Below, in pieces: positions 1 through 11,609 of a stretch of 64,000 bases of DNA (position 1 is the stretch's first letter; each line of letters starts with the position of its first letter). Made by a program: the position numbers and the translations under genes. The notes under the pieces are model-generated. The model searched no databases. It was not told the origin of the DNA and saw only the letters and a program-made list of their open reading frames with translations. The stretch comes from Octopus vulgaris (taxonomy: Eukaryota): positions 76,880,001 through 76,944,000 of the forward strand of contig OX597824.1 of the NCBI GenBank assembly GCA_951406725.2. Direction: 5' to 3'.

Positions 1-279
1 AACATTCAACTATATATGCATGAGAATACATATATAAAACAAAACATGCAAATCTGCACATACACACGTATACATACAAAAATATCCTGTTGTTGATATT
101 AATTCCAATGAAGGTGCCTTGGAACTAGGTTAGAAACCGGCTCTTTATTGACAAGTAATCTTGAATTAAAACAAAATTATGACATAGATACATACATAAT
201 ATATATATCCATATATACATATATACATACATGCATACCTACATTCATAAATACCTTAATACATACACGCACAAACAAA

Positions 280-404
280 AAATTATGGTTCTGACGAAGG
301 TAGCGTTAATTTTCTTAAGTCTTTCAATTTACCCCAATTGATCAATAGACCAATTGAATAAACCTATCTATAATGACTGCTGGAAACAGCCGTAAGCCAA
401 ATTT
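280..404 (+). ncRNA. Minimal type-I hammerhead ribozyme-like motif with long stem II insertion
   Basis: CTGACGA at 291-297, GAAA at 383-386, C-AGCC-GTA (cleavage triplet 392-394). Stem I AAATTATGGTT/AGCCAAATTT pairs with one bulge; stem II base GGTAG/CTGCT. Confidence 0.6.
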
Positions 405-846
405 GCTACAATAAAGGAATTATATCTAATGACCATTGTTTTAACTTGTCTATTATATATATATATAAAATACATAAATCTTGGTATATCACATCACCAT
501 CTGCTTGTATTTTTAATGTCGTAGAATATTTGAAGGTTAGTAGATTCTTGTCGTAGTCACAGCGATAATGGGCATGGTGAATTCGGCCACACCTCGGCAG
601 CTACTGCTTCTCTGTCCTTCATTGACTTGCTTGTTGATAATAATGTTACTGTAAGTGATGTATCTGTTTTATATTTACCTCGACTGATTGGGAGAATTAG
701 TTTCGCTGTAGTATTATGGATGAGAGCGTTGCAAGTGCGTCTGTCTTGAGTGCGATGGCATGTGTAGTGACACAGAATGTGAAAGCTGAAACTTGATGCA
801 ATAAGAAACTCAGTACCTTGTAGTGACGCTATTTTGAAAGTTTTCA

Positions 847-911
847 GCGCGCATGCGCAGAGTTGGATTACTTCCGGTAGGCCGCCGGAAGTTCCATCAT
901 GCGCATGCGCA
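847..911. promoter_or_regulatory. CpG-rich promoter-like element, NRF1-ETS-ETS-NRF1
   Basis: GCGCATGCGC at 849-858 and TGCGCATGCGCA at 900-911 (NRF1 consensus) flank the oppositely oriented ETS sites ACTTCCGG 870-877 and CCGGAAGT 885-892, within an otherwise CpG-poor window. Confidence 0.7.
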
Positions 912-1719
912 GAGAACTGCTAAGCATTGCACCCGGCGTGGTAACGATTCTGCCAAGAAATGGATATAGACCAGAACAAATGAAATTTTTAGAATATCAT
1001 TGAGATCGTTTGTTTTCTATTCTCCCCGGTGATATACGTAACAAAGGCCCGCTGTCACAACTGTCACAGCTGGAATTCTTCTACCTACAGAGAAAAGTAT
1101 TCTTAGTAGAGAATACGCCAGTAGTTTACGCTCCATCTTGTACCATGTCACATGTAAGCTCCATCTGTACCATGTCACGTGTAAGCGAGCAGTGAATTAT
1201 TGAGGAGGGTCTTGTATATGATTTTTAGAAACTTTTCTTTTGGGGGACTTTAGTAAATTGATGTTTTCTTGCGTTGTCTGTAAAAAGTGAGGCAATGAAT
1301 TACAAAACTTGACATGTAGGGTTGTGACAGCTAGAGTGTGTTCCAACTGGGGTTGTCCTTGACTATGCCGACCTCAATCTCAAGGGCACAAACCTCTACG
1401 GACTCCTACAGCAGACCCAAAATTGCAGCCCCTTAAAAGCGTAGTCCAAACTGAACCAAGCCACAAAGCTATACTTTCCTTCTAAGGGTTGCTACGAAGC
1501 TAGAGTTGTCGTTCTGTAATGTCTGACCGGTTGTAGGAAGCTGTAGCTGTGATATGTCATCTGTGTATGAGACTGTATAGGTTTATGCCTTCAAGACATA
1601 AGTGGAAGTCTTGTAGATAAAGGTGACTAGTATTATAAAAGCGGTTGTGAGGATAGACCCTTAAAGTACTCCATTTGACAGATTGCAGATCCTTGATGTA
1701 TTGTTTCATCATACATATC

Positions 1720-1890
1720 AGTGGCGTAACTAGAGAGAGTGAGGCCTGGAGCCACTCTTGAGTTTGCCGCTCTCACTCCCCCAGGCTCCCAAGCCTATTC
1801 AGGCTCATAAGCAGACCCAAATTGCTGCCTTCATAAAGGCATCACCCGGAGTGGTGGACCGACTCCACCCCTTCCTAGTAACTTTCCTCA
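1720..1890. mobile_element. Non-autonomous DNA transposon (MITE); degenerate relative at about 1317-1480
   Basis: Left end CAGTGGCGTAACTAG and a degenerate right end CTAGTAACTTTCCT. Internal CAGACCCAAATTGC is shared with the 1317-1480 segment. Confidence 0.5.
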
Positions 1891-2112
1891 TAGTAACCCA
1901 TGCATTGCTTTTTTGGTACACAGACTTGGAGAACTAAGACCAGCATTTTCTGTTGTTGTTGTTGTTGTTGTCCTTTAGTTCCATATGCTCTGTCATTCTT
2001 TTCAGATGGTAGGACGTGGTATGAGGGCACTTTGGTTGCTACTTCTAGCCAACTGCAAGACCGCGTTGAAGCTCTCTCTCTCTCTCCTTGATTAAATTTT
2101 CTATCTTTGTTT

Positions 2113-2114
<2 letters not shown>

Positions 2115-2193
<79 letters not shown>

Positions 2194-2204
2194 TTTGTGT
2201 GCGT

Positions 2205-2235
<31 letters not shown>
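2115..2235. repeat. (GT)n microsatellite
   Basis: Direct reading. Confidence 0.95.
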
Positions 2236-2236
<1 letters not shown>

Positions 2237-2695
2237 TGTTATTCAGGCAGATGTTGAATATGTTGCAAAGTTTATGAGAAGAAGAGGAATGGAATAGAAA
2301 GCTTAGTTAATGTTAGACATTGCCTTCAGGGCTTTCTTGTTATTGGTGTTGACTCTCTTGTACATTTATGATAGGTTCGTTGCTAACGAGGTGTTTGAAA
2401 ATAGTGATCTGAATTTGAGTTGGATTCGGAAATTTATCGCTTACTGAAATAAAAGATGAGAGTTCACGTTGCCGTTTCATATCATGCTGCTTTACTTGTG
2501 CTTTTTTGTCACTCTTTTATCTCATTATGTGTTCTAGTCATTGGACTATAGCATTATTGAGGCACCATTTTGAATGATTTTAATCGAAACAAATCAAACC
2601 CACTATACAGTTCTATATTTAAGAGATGAGGAATTATGTACATTATTTACATTATTTACATTCGACGGATATTTGTCCTCATCTTATTTGATGTT

Positions 2696-2741
2696 AACAT
2701 AACGTTTCGGCTGATATACCCTCCAGCCTTCTTCAGGTGTC
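2696..2741 (-). ncRNA. Minimal hammerhead ribozyme-like motif (inverted copy)
   Basis: Minus strand reads GACAC-CTGAAGA-AGGCTG..CAGCC-GAAA-CGTT-ATGTT. Confidence 0.6.
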
Positions 2742-2959
2742 TTGGAGAAATTTCGAACCGTCGAATGTAAATAATGTACATAATTCCTCATTTCTTAAAT
2801 ATAGAACTGTATTATCTAATCGGTATGGAGCTGACATTAGACTTCACTGGAGACATATAGAGAAACTCCATCAAAACTAGCTCGTCTTTCAAACCATCTA
2901 ACTTTCTTAACATCGAAGAATACCTTAGGAATGAGAACCCAGGTTCGAAATTTCCCCAA

Positions 2960-3005
2960 GACACCTGAAGAAGGCTGGAGCGTATATCAGCCGAAACGTT
3001 GTGTT
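2960..3005 (+). ncRNA. Minimal hammerhead ribozyme-like motif
   Basis: GACAC-CTGAAGA-A-GGCTG(loop)CAGCC-GAAA-CGTT-GTGTT; stem III is replaced by the palindrome AACGTT. Confidence 0.65.
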
Positions 3006-3089
3006 AACAACAAACAAGATGAGGACAAATATCTGTCGAATGTAAATAATGCAAACCCAGTATGTATGCAAGGTCCCTGAGAGTGTATG

Positions 3090-3480
3090 AAATACAGTTT
3101 GAGATGTCAAACTCCTTAAACTAAGAGGTATTCCTACTGGAATGACATCAAAATGATGGCAATCAAGGGTGATAATCCCAAATTTTAAAATGAGGGATGA
3201 TGGTGAGCGTTTAAGTTGTAGAGGAATCTGCATGTTGAACATTCCCAGTAAAATCCATACTAGGAATATGGAAAAGAGATGTAAGGAAACTGGCGAACCC
3301 AAACAAGTTGAAGAGCACTGTAGCTTCCATTCTACGTGCAACACAACACAACCATTTTATGGCAGGTCTTTGAGAAATCATGGGAACAGAGCCAAGATGT
3401 GCAAGCTTGCTTTGTAGACCTCAGAGAGGCATATGACGACATGCCAAGAGACATGCTGCAGAGGACTTTACAAGGGTTTT
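3090..3480 (+). pseudogene. Decayed RTE-clade LINE reverse transcriptase fragment
   Basis: Translates WQSRVIIPNFK...CRGICMLNIPSKIHTR...EEHCSF and ACFVDLREAYD, matching the RT motifs IIPIFKKG/YRGISLLS/EEQCGF/FVDLEKAYD, with stops and frameshifts. Confidence 0.8.
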
Positions 3481-3603
3481 GATTAGTTTTTGAACACGCG
3501 AAGAAGGGCCAAGAACAAAGGAATGTCTCCCTCAGATTGCTTTCCCGAATCCATCCAGTGAGCTTGCGGGTGCCAGGATTTATTTATTTTTATCCCTACA
3601 TAT

Positions 3604-3843
3604 TCATCATCATCATCATCATCATCATCATCTTCGTTGGACGGTTCAACTGAGGTCTGGGAAGCCAGAAGGCTGCACCAGGCCCAGTCTGATCTGGCAA
3701 TGTTTCTACAGCTGGATGCCCTTCCTAACGCCAACCACTCCGTGAGTGTAGTGGGTGCTTTTTATGTGCCAGACGAGGCTGGCAAACGGCCACGATCGGA
3801 TGGTGCCTTTTACGTGCCACCGGCACGGGGGCCAGGCGAGGCT
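3604..3843 (-). mobile_element. RTE-type non-autonomous retroelement with (GAT)n tail and about 22-bp target duplication
   Basis: Family motif GGTTGGCGTTAGGAAGGGCATCCAGCTGTAGAAAC on the minus strand; TTATTTTTATCCCTACATATT on both flanks. Confidence 0.85.
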
Positions 3844-4376
3844 TTTATTTTTATTTTTATCCCTACATATTATCAATTATATTTTTATCCCTACATATTA
3901 TTAATTATATATGAAGGTTTACATGAGAATTTAGTATTTGTAAATTATTATTTTTTATTCTTTTATTTATTTATTTTTTTAATTTTTATTAATTCTATTT
4001 GAATTAAATTATAGCTTGCATAGTAAGGTCCAGCGAATCTATTTACACATACATTTACTTATCTGTTAAAATTAAATTTAGTATTTGGTATCGAACTATG
4101 ATAAAGTTACTTAGAGGCCTGATAATTGGGGTTATATTTTAAGAAAGGTTCCTGTAAAACACTGCATGCTTAAGGAACCGTAAATGAACCTCAAGAAACA
4201 CGTTTAGCTAAGAAATGAGTTGTAAGTATTAAATTAAAATTCTTTTATATGGTGTGTTGAAGGGGACTACTATTTCTAAATAACATACATATTTACTCAT
4301 TGAGAATTATTTGAACCCCTGTGATGCCGGAAATTTTATTCCCTAATAAATAAAATAAAATAATTATATATATTTA

Positions 4377-4783
4377 GGCGCAGGAGTGGCTGTGTGGTAA
4401 GTAGCTTGCTTACCAACCACATGGTTCCGGGTTCAGACCCACTGTGTGGCACCTTGGGCAAGTGTCTTCTTCTATAGCCTCGGGCAGACCAAAGCCTTGT
4501 GAGTGGATTTGGTAGACGGAAACTGAAAGAAGCCCGTCGTATATATGTGTGTGCGTGTGTGTTTGTGTGTCTGTGTTTGTCCCCCTAGCATTGCTTGACA
4601 ACCGATGCTGGTGTGTTTACGTCCTCGTCACTTAGCGGTTTGGCAAAAAGAGACCGATAGAATAAGTACTGGGCTTACAAAAAGAATAAGTCCTGGGGTC
4701 GAGTTGCTCGACTAAAGGCAGTGCTCCAGCATGGCTGCAGTCAAATGACTGAAACAAGTAAAAGAGTAAAAGAGTAAAAGAGT
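4377..4783 (+). mobile_element. Full-length tRNA-derived SINE, family A (CORE-type, resembles octopus OR2)
   Basis: A box TGGCTGTGTGG, B box GGTTCAGACCC, CORE-like CACCTTGGGCAAGT, (GTAAAAGA)n tail; many copies in the window. Confidence 0.85.
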
Positions 4784-4860
4784 ATATATATAAATTCAGG
4801 GTAAATACTTGATAAGTGTAAGCACCTGTATATGCCGGCTAGTAGCAGAGATGAGAGGGT

Positions 4861-5286
4861 ATATGCATCAAATGAAATAAAAAACAGAACACAAAGGATG
4901 TTGCGGTACACGTGTTTCAAGCTTTATACAACAACCTATTTTACATCAATGTATAATCGACATAACATAACTGATGATAAAGTATGGACGGATTTTTGAA
5001 TTCCAATGATACCCTACATACCTATTTGATTATGAAGATTTACAAACATACTTTCTCTGTGCAACTCAATATACCCACCATTATAGATAATACCAAATGT
5101 ACATTTTCGGTTTTTTCATAATGTGATGGAAGTCTTTGATATAGCAATTGCATGTGGCTGAAGAGAGCTTTAAACCATCTGTTATGTCAATTATACATTG
5201 ATGTAAGAATAGGTTGTTTTATAAGCTTGAAACACATGTACCGTGACATCCTTTGTGTTCTGTTTTTTATTTCATTTGATGCATAT
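4861..5286. mobile_element. Inverted-repeat element (arms about 4861-4968 and 5180-5286) with hammerhead motif, Penelope pLTR-like
   Basis: About 105-bp inverted arms. CTGAAGA at 5158-5164, GAGCTT/AAGCTT stem II, GAAA-CACAT-GTA at 5229-5240; the inverted copy has the palindrome CACGTG. Confidence 0.65.
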
Positions 5287-5320
5287 AATTATATATATGT
5301 ATATATATATATATATATAT

Positions 5321-5618
5321 AAAAGGAAATGAAGAAAATGCTGACAAAATAATTTAAGTAATTTAAGTAATTTAATTAGACGAAAGTTCTTTTTACCGGT
5401 TGCGCATTTGTTATGCTTATCAAAAGATGTTTTTTTAAGAGAGATAGAGTTACTTTCTGATAGAGGAAAAAATCTATCAGAAAGTAACTCTATCTCTCTT
5501 AAAAAAACATCTTTTGATAAGCATAACAAATGCGCAACCGGTAAAAAGAACTTTCGCCTAATTAAATTACTTAAATTACTTAAATTATTTTGTCAGCATT
5601 TTCTTCATTTCCTTTTTT
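5321..5618. repeat. Near-perfect foldback palindrome of about 300 bp in a TA tract (MITE-like)
   Basis: About 144-bp arms, 8-nt loop GGAAAAAA at 5465-5472, one visible mismatch. Confidence 0.9.
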
Positions 5619-5648
5619 ATATATCACAACTCGTGTTCCACATCTCCT

Positions 5649-5698
<50 letters not shown>

Positions 5699-6451
5699 GT
5701 GTGTCTATGTATGCATTGTAAAGGAATAACATGCAAAAGTGAAAAAGTAACCAGTATATTTTCCTGCTTCTTTTTTATATATATATTTTTTTTATTCTAT
5801 CACCTTTTCAAAAGTATTTTTTATTTATATAATCAATTAATTAATTAATTAATTAATTAATTTTTTAGTCATAAATTAGATGTTGATTGTGATTTCACAA
5901 TTTTCTTTGGAATCCACTCCTTACAATGACACAGCATTGCCAAAGTTTATTTACAAAAGGAAAGAAAATTTATTATAAACAAATTAATTATGTTAATGAT
6001 ATAACTGCAATAATTTTAGCATTGATTTCATACAGAGGCACAAAGCCAAATTGAATAATGATAATAATATTAATAATACTAGTAATAATAATAATAATGA
6101 TAATAACAATAATAAATGTAATAATAAAGATAATAGTTTTCATCTGGAAATGAAAAATAAATATCTATTTTACATCGTACTAGAGCAATGTATTTATTGC
6201 AGAGTTGTTTTAGAATCAATTTTACATATATATATAAATATATTAATTATGTGTATGCATGTAGTGTTTGTGTATGTGTGTGTGTAAAAATATATTTGCA
6301 TATATGTGAATGATATATACATATCTGTATATGTATGAATAGCTCTGTGTGTGTGTGTGTGTGTGCATATATATAAATATTTATATATATATGTATATGT
6401 ATATATGCATACATATAAATGTATATATGAAGATATATATCTATATTTTTA

Positions 6452-6485
<34 letters not shown>

Positions 6486-6539
6486 CATCATATGTAAACA
6501 AATATAAGTTTGTTTTTGAAGCATTGAAATGTATAGTGG

Positions 6540-6666
6540 CACAACTACAAAGATATATTTTTCAATGAGTAAATGCTGATAGAACAGCACATATAGGTTC
6601 AACCCTTATAGAGCAGAAACATCTGTCAGCAACTAGCCCATTGTAAAATATATTTTTCTAGTTGTG
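6540..6666. repeat. Imperfect foldback element
   Basis: CACAACTA..ATATATTTT..CAATG..TGCTGATAG pairs with CTGTCAGCA..CATTG..AAAATATAT..TAGTTGTG. Confidence 0.55.
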
Positions 6667-6719
6667 ATATATATATATATATATACATACATACATACAT
6701 ACATAGAAGCATACATATA

Positions 6720-6762
<43 letters not shown>

Positions 6763-6912
6763 GTACATATACATATATATCTATATATATACATATATAT
6801 ATACATATACATATATATATACATATATATTTATACATATACATATATATAAATATATATACATATATATATATATATATGCATATATAGGTATATATGC
6901 ATATATATATGT

Positions 6913-6946
<34 letters not shown>

Positions 6947-7505
6947 ATATATGCATATATACCTATATATGTACACACACATATATACATATATAATACA
7001 TATATATATATACATTTATACATACACACATTCATATGTAAATATATATACATTTATATATACACACATTCATATATATATATGTATACATAGGTATATA
7101 CATGTATATGTACATACATATGTGTGTGTATGTATGCTCGTGTGTGTTTGTATATGTGTGTGTGTGTTTGTGCTGTGTGTGTGTGTGTGTGTGTAGACAC
7201 ACACATATATGTAGACGGCAGAAACAGGTTCCTGTAGATTCAGTCATTTATCATATATAATAATATTTACAGATTTGTTTGCATATAAAAATGCGCGTAT
7301 ATATATATATATATACATAGATACTGATATACATGCATAATATATACACGCATACATATATACATATATACATACATATATATGCATACGAACACATATA
7401 TATATACATGTACATATACGTATATATATACATATACATACATATATATATTTATACAGACATATATAGATATATATATATATATGTATATACATGCATA
7501 CATAT
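6667..7505. repeat. Compound (TA)/(TACA)/(TG) microsatellite field; similar fields at about 10020-10580, 14790-15300, 15600-15990, 19605-19895, 30935-31510, 49885-50125, 52523-52975, 59045-59475 and 60617-60985
   Basis: Direct reading; these fields generate most of the YI/CV-rich ORFs. Confidence 0.95.
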
Positions 7506-7706
7506 TTATTCTTTTAACACACGTCTGCATGAGATGATCACATTCTTTAAAATTTACTATCAATTGCAATGGAATATCTTTAAACCATTTTAGAATAAAA
7601 TTTTTATACTTTTGGCCTCAATACAAATAAGCAAGAAAAGATGTTTTTTATGTTTTTTTTTTTTTGTTTGGCTTGATTTTACCGTTCCATAAATATTGAA
7701 AATTAA

Positions 7707-7742
<36 letters not shown>

Positions 7743-7939
7743 CTTGATAATCATAATAATAATAATAATAATAATTGTAATAGTATTAGTAACAATAAAA
7801 ATGTTATTAATAAGGATCTTATTATAATATCATGATGATGATGATAATGATAATAATCATAATAATAACAATATAATCATCTTAATAATAACAATATTAA
7901 CAACATCAACAACAACAGCAATAACAACAAATAGAATAA

Positions 7940-8140
7940 TAATCCTTTGTGTTATAGACACAAGGCTTGGAATTGTGGGAAGGAGGTCATCTGATGACAT
8001 TGACCCCAGTGCTGATGTTTATTTCACTGGCCGCAAAAGGATGGTGGGCAAAGTTGACCTTGGCAGTATTTGAACTCAGAACTTAAAGATCTGGAAGAAA
8101 TGCTGCTAAGTATTTTGTCCAATCTCACCATCTTAGTAAT
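7940..8140 (-). mobile_element. tRNA-derived SINE family M (Meta-domain-like), degenerate
   Basis: Reverse complement of CTGAGTTCAAAT..CCAAGGTCAACTTTGCC..CATCCTTT. Confidence 0.7.
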
Positions 8141-8189
8141 AATAATGATCATAATAATAATGATAATAATAATAATAATAATAATAACG

Positions 8190-8752
8190 ATTAATGCCCT
8201 AATGTAGTACCAGGCAGTGGCTCTCGTGGTTTCTGATCTTAACTGATTGGAAGTGTTATCATATATATTGTTTTGTCTTGGTATAAAAGATGGGCTACAG
8301 CAAATATTGTGCTCACTACCACAGATATGCTTGTCAGTTGTTTGGCCTTAACCAGTTGAGCATATCCCTTAGTGGCTGACGATATGTGCATCTCTGACCA
8401 AGAGCAGAAGTAGTGGGGAAGCATCATAGCCATGTGTTGAGAGGGATTCTTTGGGGTTTGGATAATTCACCTTTGGAAACATGGGTGGTTTGTTCAACAT
8501 CCTTAAACAGCCCTTATTCAGGGACCTTTTGAGCAGGATGGGTTACTCAACCAGAAGAAAATTCTAACTGGGCCCTACCTGCAAGGTCATGCGCTGTTTA
8601 TCTTGATATGAGATCACCATGTCGCGCATATATGGTTATGATGCATGTGCCTGACGTACCCTTATCAGACGGGTAGTCATGATGGGTATACTGCGCTTCG
8701 TATGTTTTACCCCAGTGTCACTTTGATGGCATGCACTGCTCTCTCACTCAAT
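8190..8752 (+). mobile_element. About 560-bp non-coding interspersed element embedded in an (AAT)n tract
   Basis: GC-richer block flanked on both sides by (AAT)n, with a 3' hairpin GTACCC..GGGTAT and ending CTCTCTCACTCAAT(AAT)n. Confidence 0.55.
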
Positions 8753-8756
8753 GATG

Positions 8757-8829
<73 letters not shown>

Positions 8830-8830
<1 letters not shown>

Positions 8831-9062
8831 CTTTTCTACTATAGGCACAAGGCCTGGAATCTGTGGGGAGGGGTAGAGTCAATCACATCGACCTCAGTAC
8901 TTGACTGGTACTTAATTTATTGACCCCCCACACACACACACACAAAAAGGATGAAAGGTAAAGTCAACCTAGGTGGAATTTGAACTCAGATCATAAAGAT
9001 GGACGAAATGCCACTAAGCATTTTGTCCAGAATGTTAACAAATCTGCCAGCTTGCCACCTTA
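8830..9062 (-). mobile_element. SINE family M copy
   Basis: Same motifs as 25011-25395, in reverse. Confidence 0.75.
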
Positions 9063-9350
9063 ACAATAGCAACAACAACAACAACAACAACAGCAACAAT
9101 AATAATAATAATAATTATAATGATAATAATGCTTTCTTTTATTAGCCCAAGAGCACAAGACATTCAGGACAATACAAAGGACAGTAATAATAACAATTAT
9201 AATAATTATGGTAATAACAGCTAACAATAATAACAACAATGGCAATAATGATAATAATAACAATAATAATAATAATCTTTTTTTCTATAATAATAATTGA
9301 TAAAATTAACAATGATGGTAATAATATCAATAATAATAAATACTTATGAT

Positions 9351-9385
<35 letters not shown>

Positions 9386-10014
9386 TAACAATAATACTTA
9401 TAATTTGCTAATTAATTTAATTGATAATACATTGATAATACTAATTATAAATATATATTTCAGTTTTAATTTAAAAGACAAAAGGGAGGGAATATAATTA
9501 AATAAATCTATATAAAAATGAAAATAGTTTAAAAAAATTTAATTAAAAATAATACATTAAAATTAACAAGGTTTTGGATATTGCCACCTCAGTAGTCTGA
9601 TTGCAACATATGTTAGTGTGCACCAAAATGTGCAAAGCCTGCCTCATGGCAATGCATTGTTAATATAAGAGTTCAAGCTGTGTTGTTGACCCCTAATGGG
9701 GAATGGGGATGGCTTGTCTTGTTTAAGGTATTCTTTGCGGATCTTTTGCATTTTTTTGTATGCCTGGTACCATACAAATTGTACTTGCATACATGGAAAA
9801 TTACATGTTTCATAATAAACATGTGCATATATACACATATATAAAATATGCATTCACGTGTTTAAAATGTATGTGCACTGCTGTTCACATACAATCATAC
9901 ACAGGAATACATATAGACTTTTAAAAAAATGTGGATTCATAGACAGAAATAATGAGTACAAACATTAAATGCACAATTATACATCCACTCGTTTAAATAT
10001 ACATGGTATACCGC

Positions 10015-10060
<46 letters not shown>

Positions 10061-10139
10061 TATCTGTATGAAGTATATGTATATACGTGTATGCGTTTAT
10101 ACACACACTCACACACACACACACACATACACACATACA

Positions 10140-10187
<48 letters not shown>

Positions 10188-10290
10188 CATATATTGTTTA
10201 AAACACCTTGATTTAGCTTCCCTGCTACCTCAAGTTTCACAGGACCCTAACAGAGCCCGACTCTTACAGGCTTCTGGAGTTACCAAATCT

Positions 10291-10343
<53 letters not shown>

Positions 10344-10443
10344 CACACACACACACCAACACATACACACACATAAATATATATGTGTATATATATATAT
10401 ATTTATATACATACACAGGCACCAACACATACACACACATAAA

Positions 10444-10493
<50 letters not shown>

Positions 10494-10994
10494 CAAACTC
10501 ATATATATAACACACACATATGTACATACACAAACTCACACACACTCACACACGCACACACACACACTCATATATGAATAAAACATATATGATTAAAACA
10601 CAACAGAATTTGGTTTGAATGGAAAATATTCATAAGGACAGTGAGCTGTTTTGACTTCAGAGTAATACGGTTGTTGTTTTAACACTGTCTATCTAACATG
10701 TACCAGTGTCCCTTGCTGGCTTAAATACATAGAAATACACGACAGAAAAAAATCACTACAATCGAGTATTTTTCCTGTTTTATATTTGATCAATAGACTC
10801 AGTTTGTATTTTTACAGAAAACAATGGTATACTGAAATTTGGAATGTATAATTTTTTGTTAGATTGGATGTCTATCTTATATAAGATGAGTGTGTTATTA
10901 TAATTATCTGGCTTACAGATGGTGTTACTAATATAATATGAACATCCCTGGGTTACATTATCAGAAGTGAACTTTCATTAATGTGACACCACTT

Positions 10995-11296
10995 TTAACA
11001 CTTTTGGTTCCAACCCACCTAAAACCACCTCTGGGTCTGTAGTTCAAAATCCCTTGATTTCAAAAGTTCTGAATTAAAATCTTCCACCAAACCGTAGTCA
11101 CAATTTGTTTTTCTAACACTAACTTAATGATAACTTAGTTATCTTACTAAATTCTTTGTTAGAATTGATATTAAAATAATTATTTTACTGAATTCTTTGT
11201 TAAAATTAATATTAAAATCAATATTAAAATAATATTTAAAATTAATTGAAAGAAACACAGAGCATTTCAACAGAATCATGGTAACAAAAGTGTTAA
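10995..11296. mobile_element. piggyBac-like MITE (TTAA target duplication)
   Basis: TTAA-CACTTTTG...CAAAAGTG-TTAA; internal sequence shared with the 18842, 48481 and 57576 copies. Confidence 0.8.
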
Positions 11297-11609
11297 TGCC
11301 TTCAAAATGTAAACTCATTTAGTTATTGTTGCGATAGATACATTTTTATGTTTAAGAGGTTCTATATATGGAAATGTGGTGGCACAAAGGCCCAGTGTTT
11401 AGGGGAGCGGATGTGTGGTCAGAGGATCACGGTTTCGATTCCCAGACACAGAATATTATGTCACCATGATTTTAGACGGAATTTGGTAAATTTTAGGATC
11501 TGTATTTTTTGGGTTTTAGGATCTACGAGAATATTATTATTATCTTCATTATTAACAGTGTCAACATCATCATCATCATCATCATCATCAACATCATCAT
11601 CATCATCAA

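Larger units (their letters stand above)
2606..3051 (+). mobile_element. Penelope-like element remnant with inverted pseudo-LTRs carrying hammerhead motifs
   Basis: 2606-2670 is inverted relative to 2758-2811, and 2650-2759 relative to 2942-3051. The middle translates, with one frameshift, as LSNRYGADIRLHWRHIEK/SKLARLSNHLTFL, resembling a PLE ORF N-terminus. Flanked by CAAACCCA(C/G)TAT, a possible target duplication. Confidence 0.7.

Noticed and set aside
1130-1187. 27-28-bp tandem duplication inside ORF 1010-1195
   Set aside because: Two copies only; the ORF starts at TTG and has no motif.
3637-4002. Recurring peptide ..FLQLDALPNANH.. in several ORFs
   Set aside because: It is the antisense translation of the RTE-type repeat core, not a gene family.
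5272-5848. Identical ORFs on both strands
   Set aside because: An artefact of the palindrome at 5321-5618.
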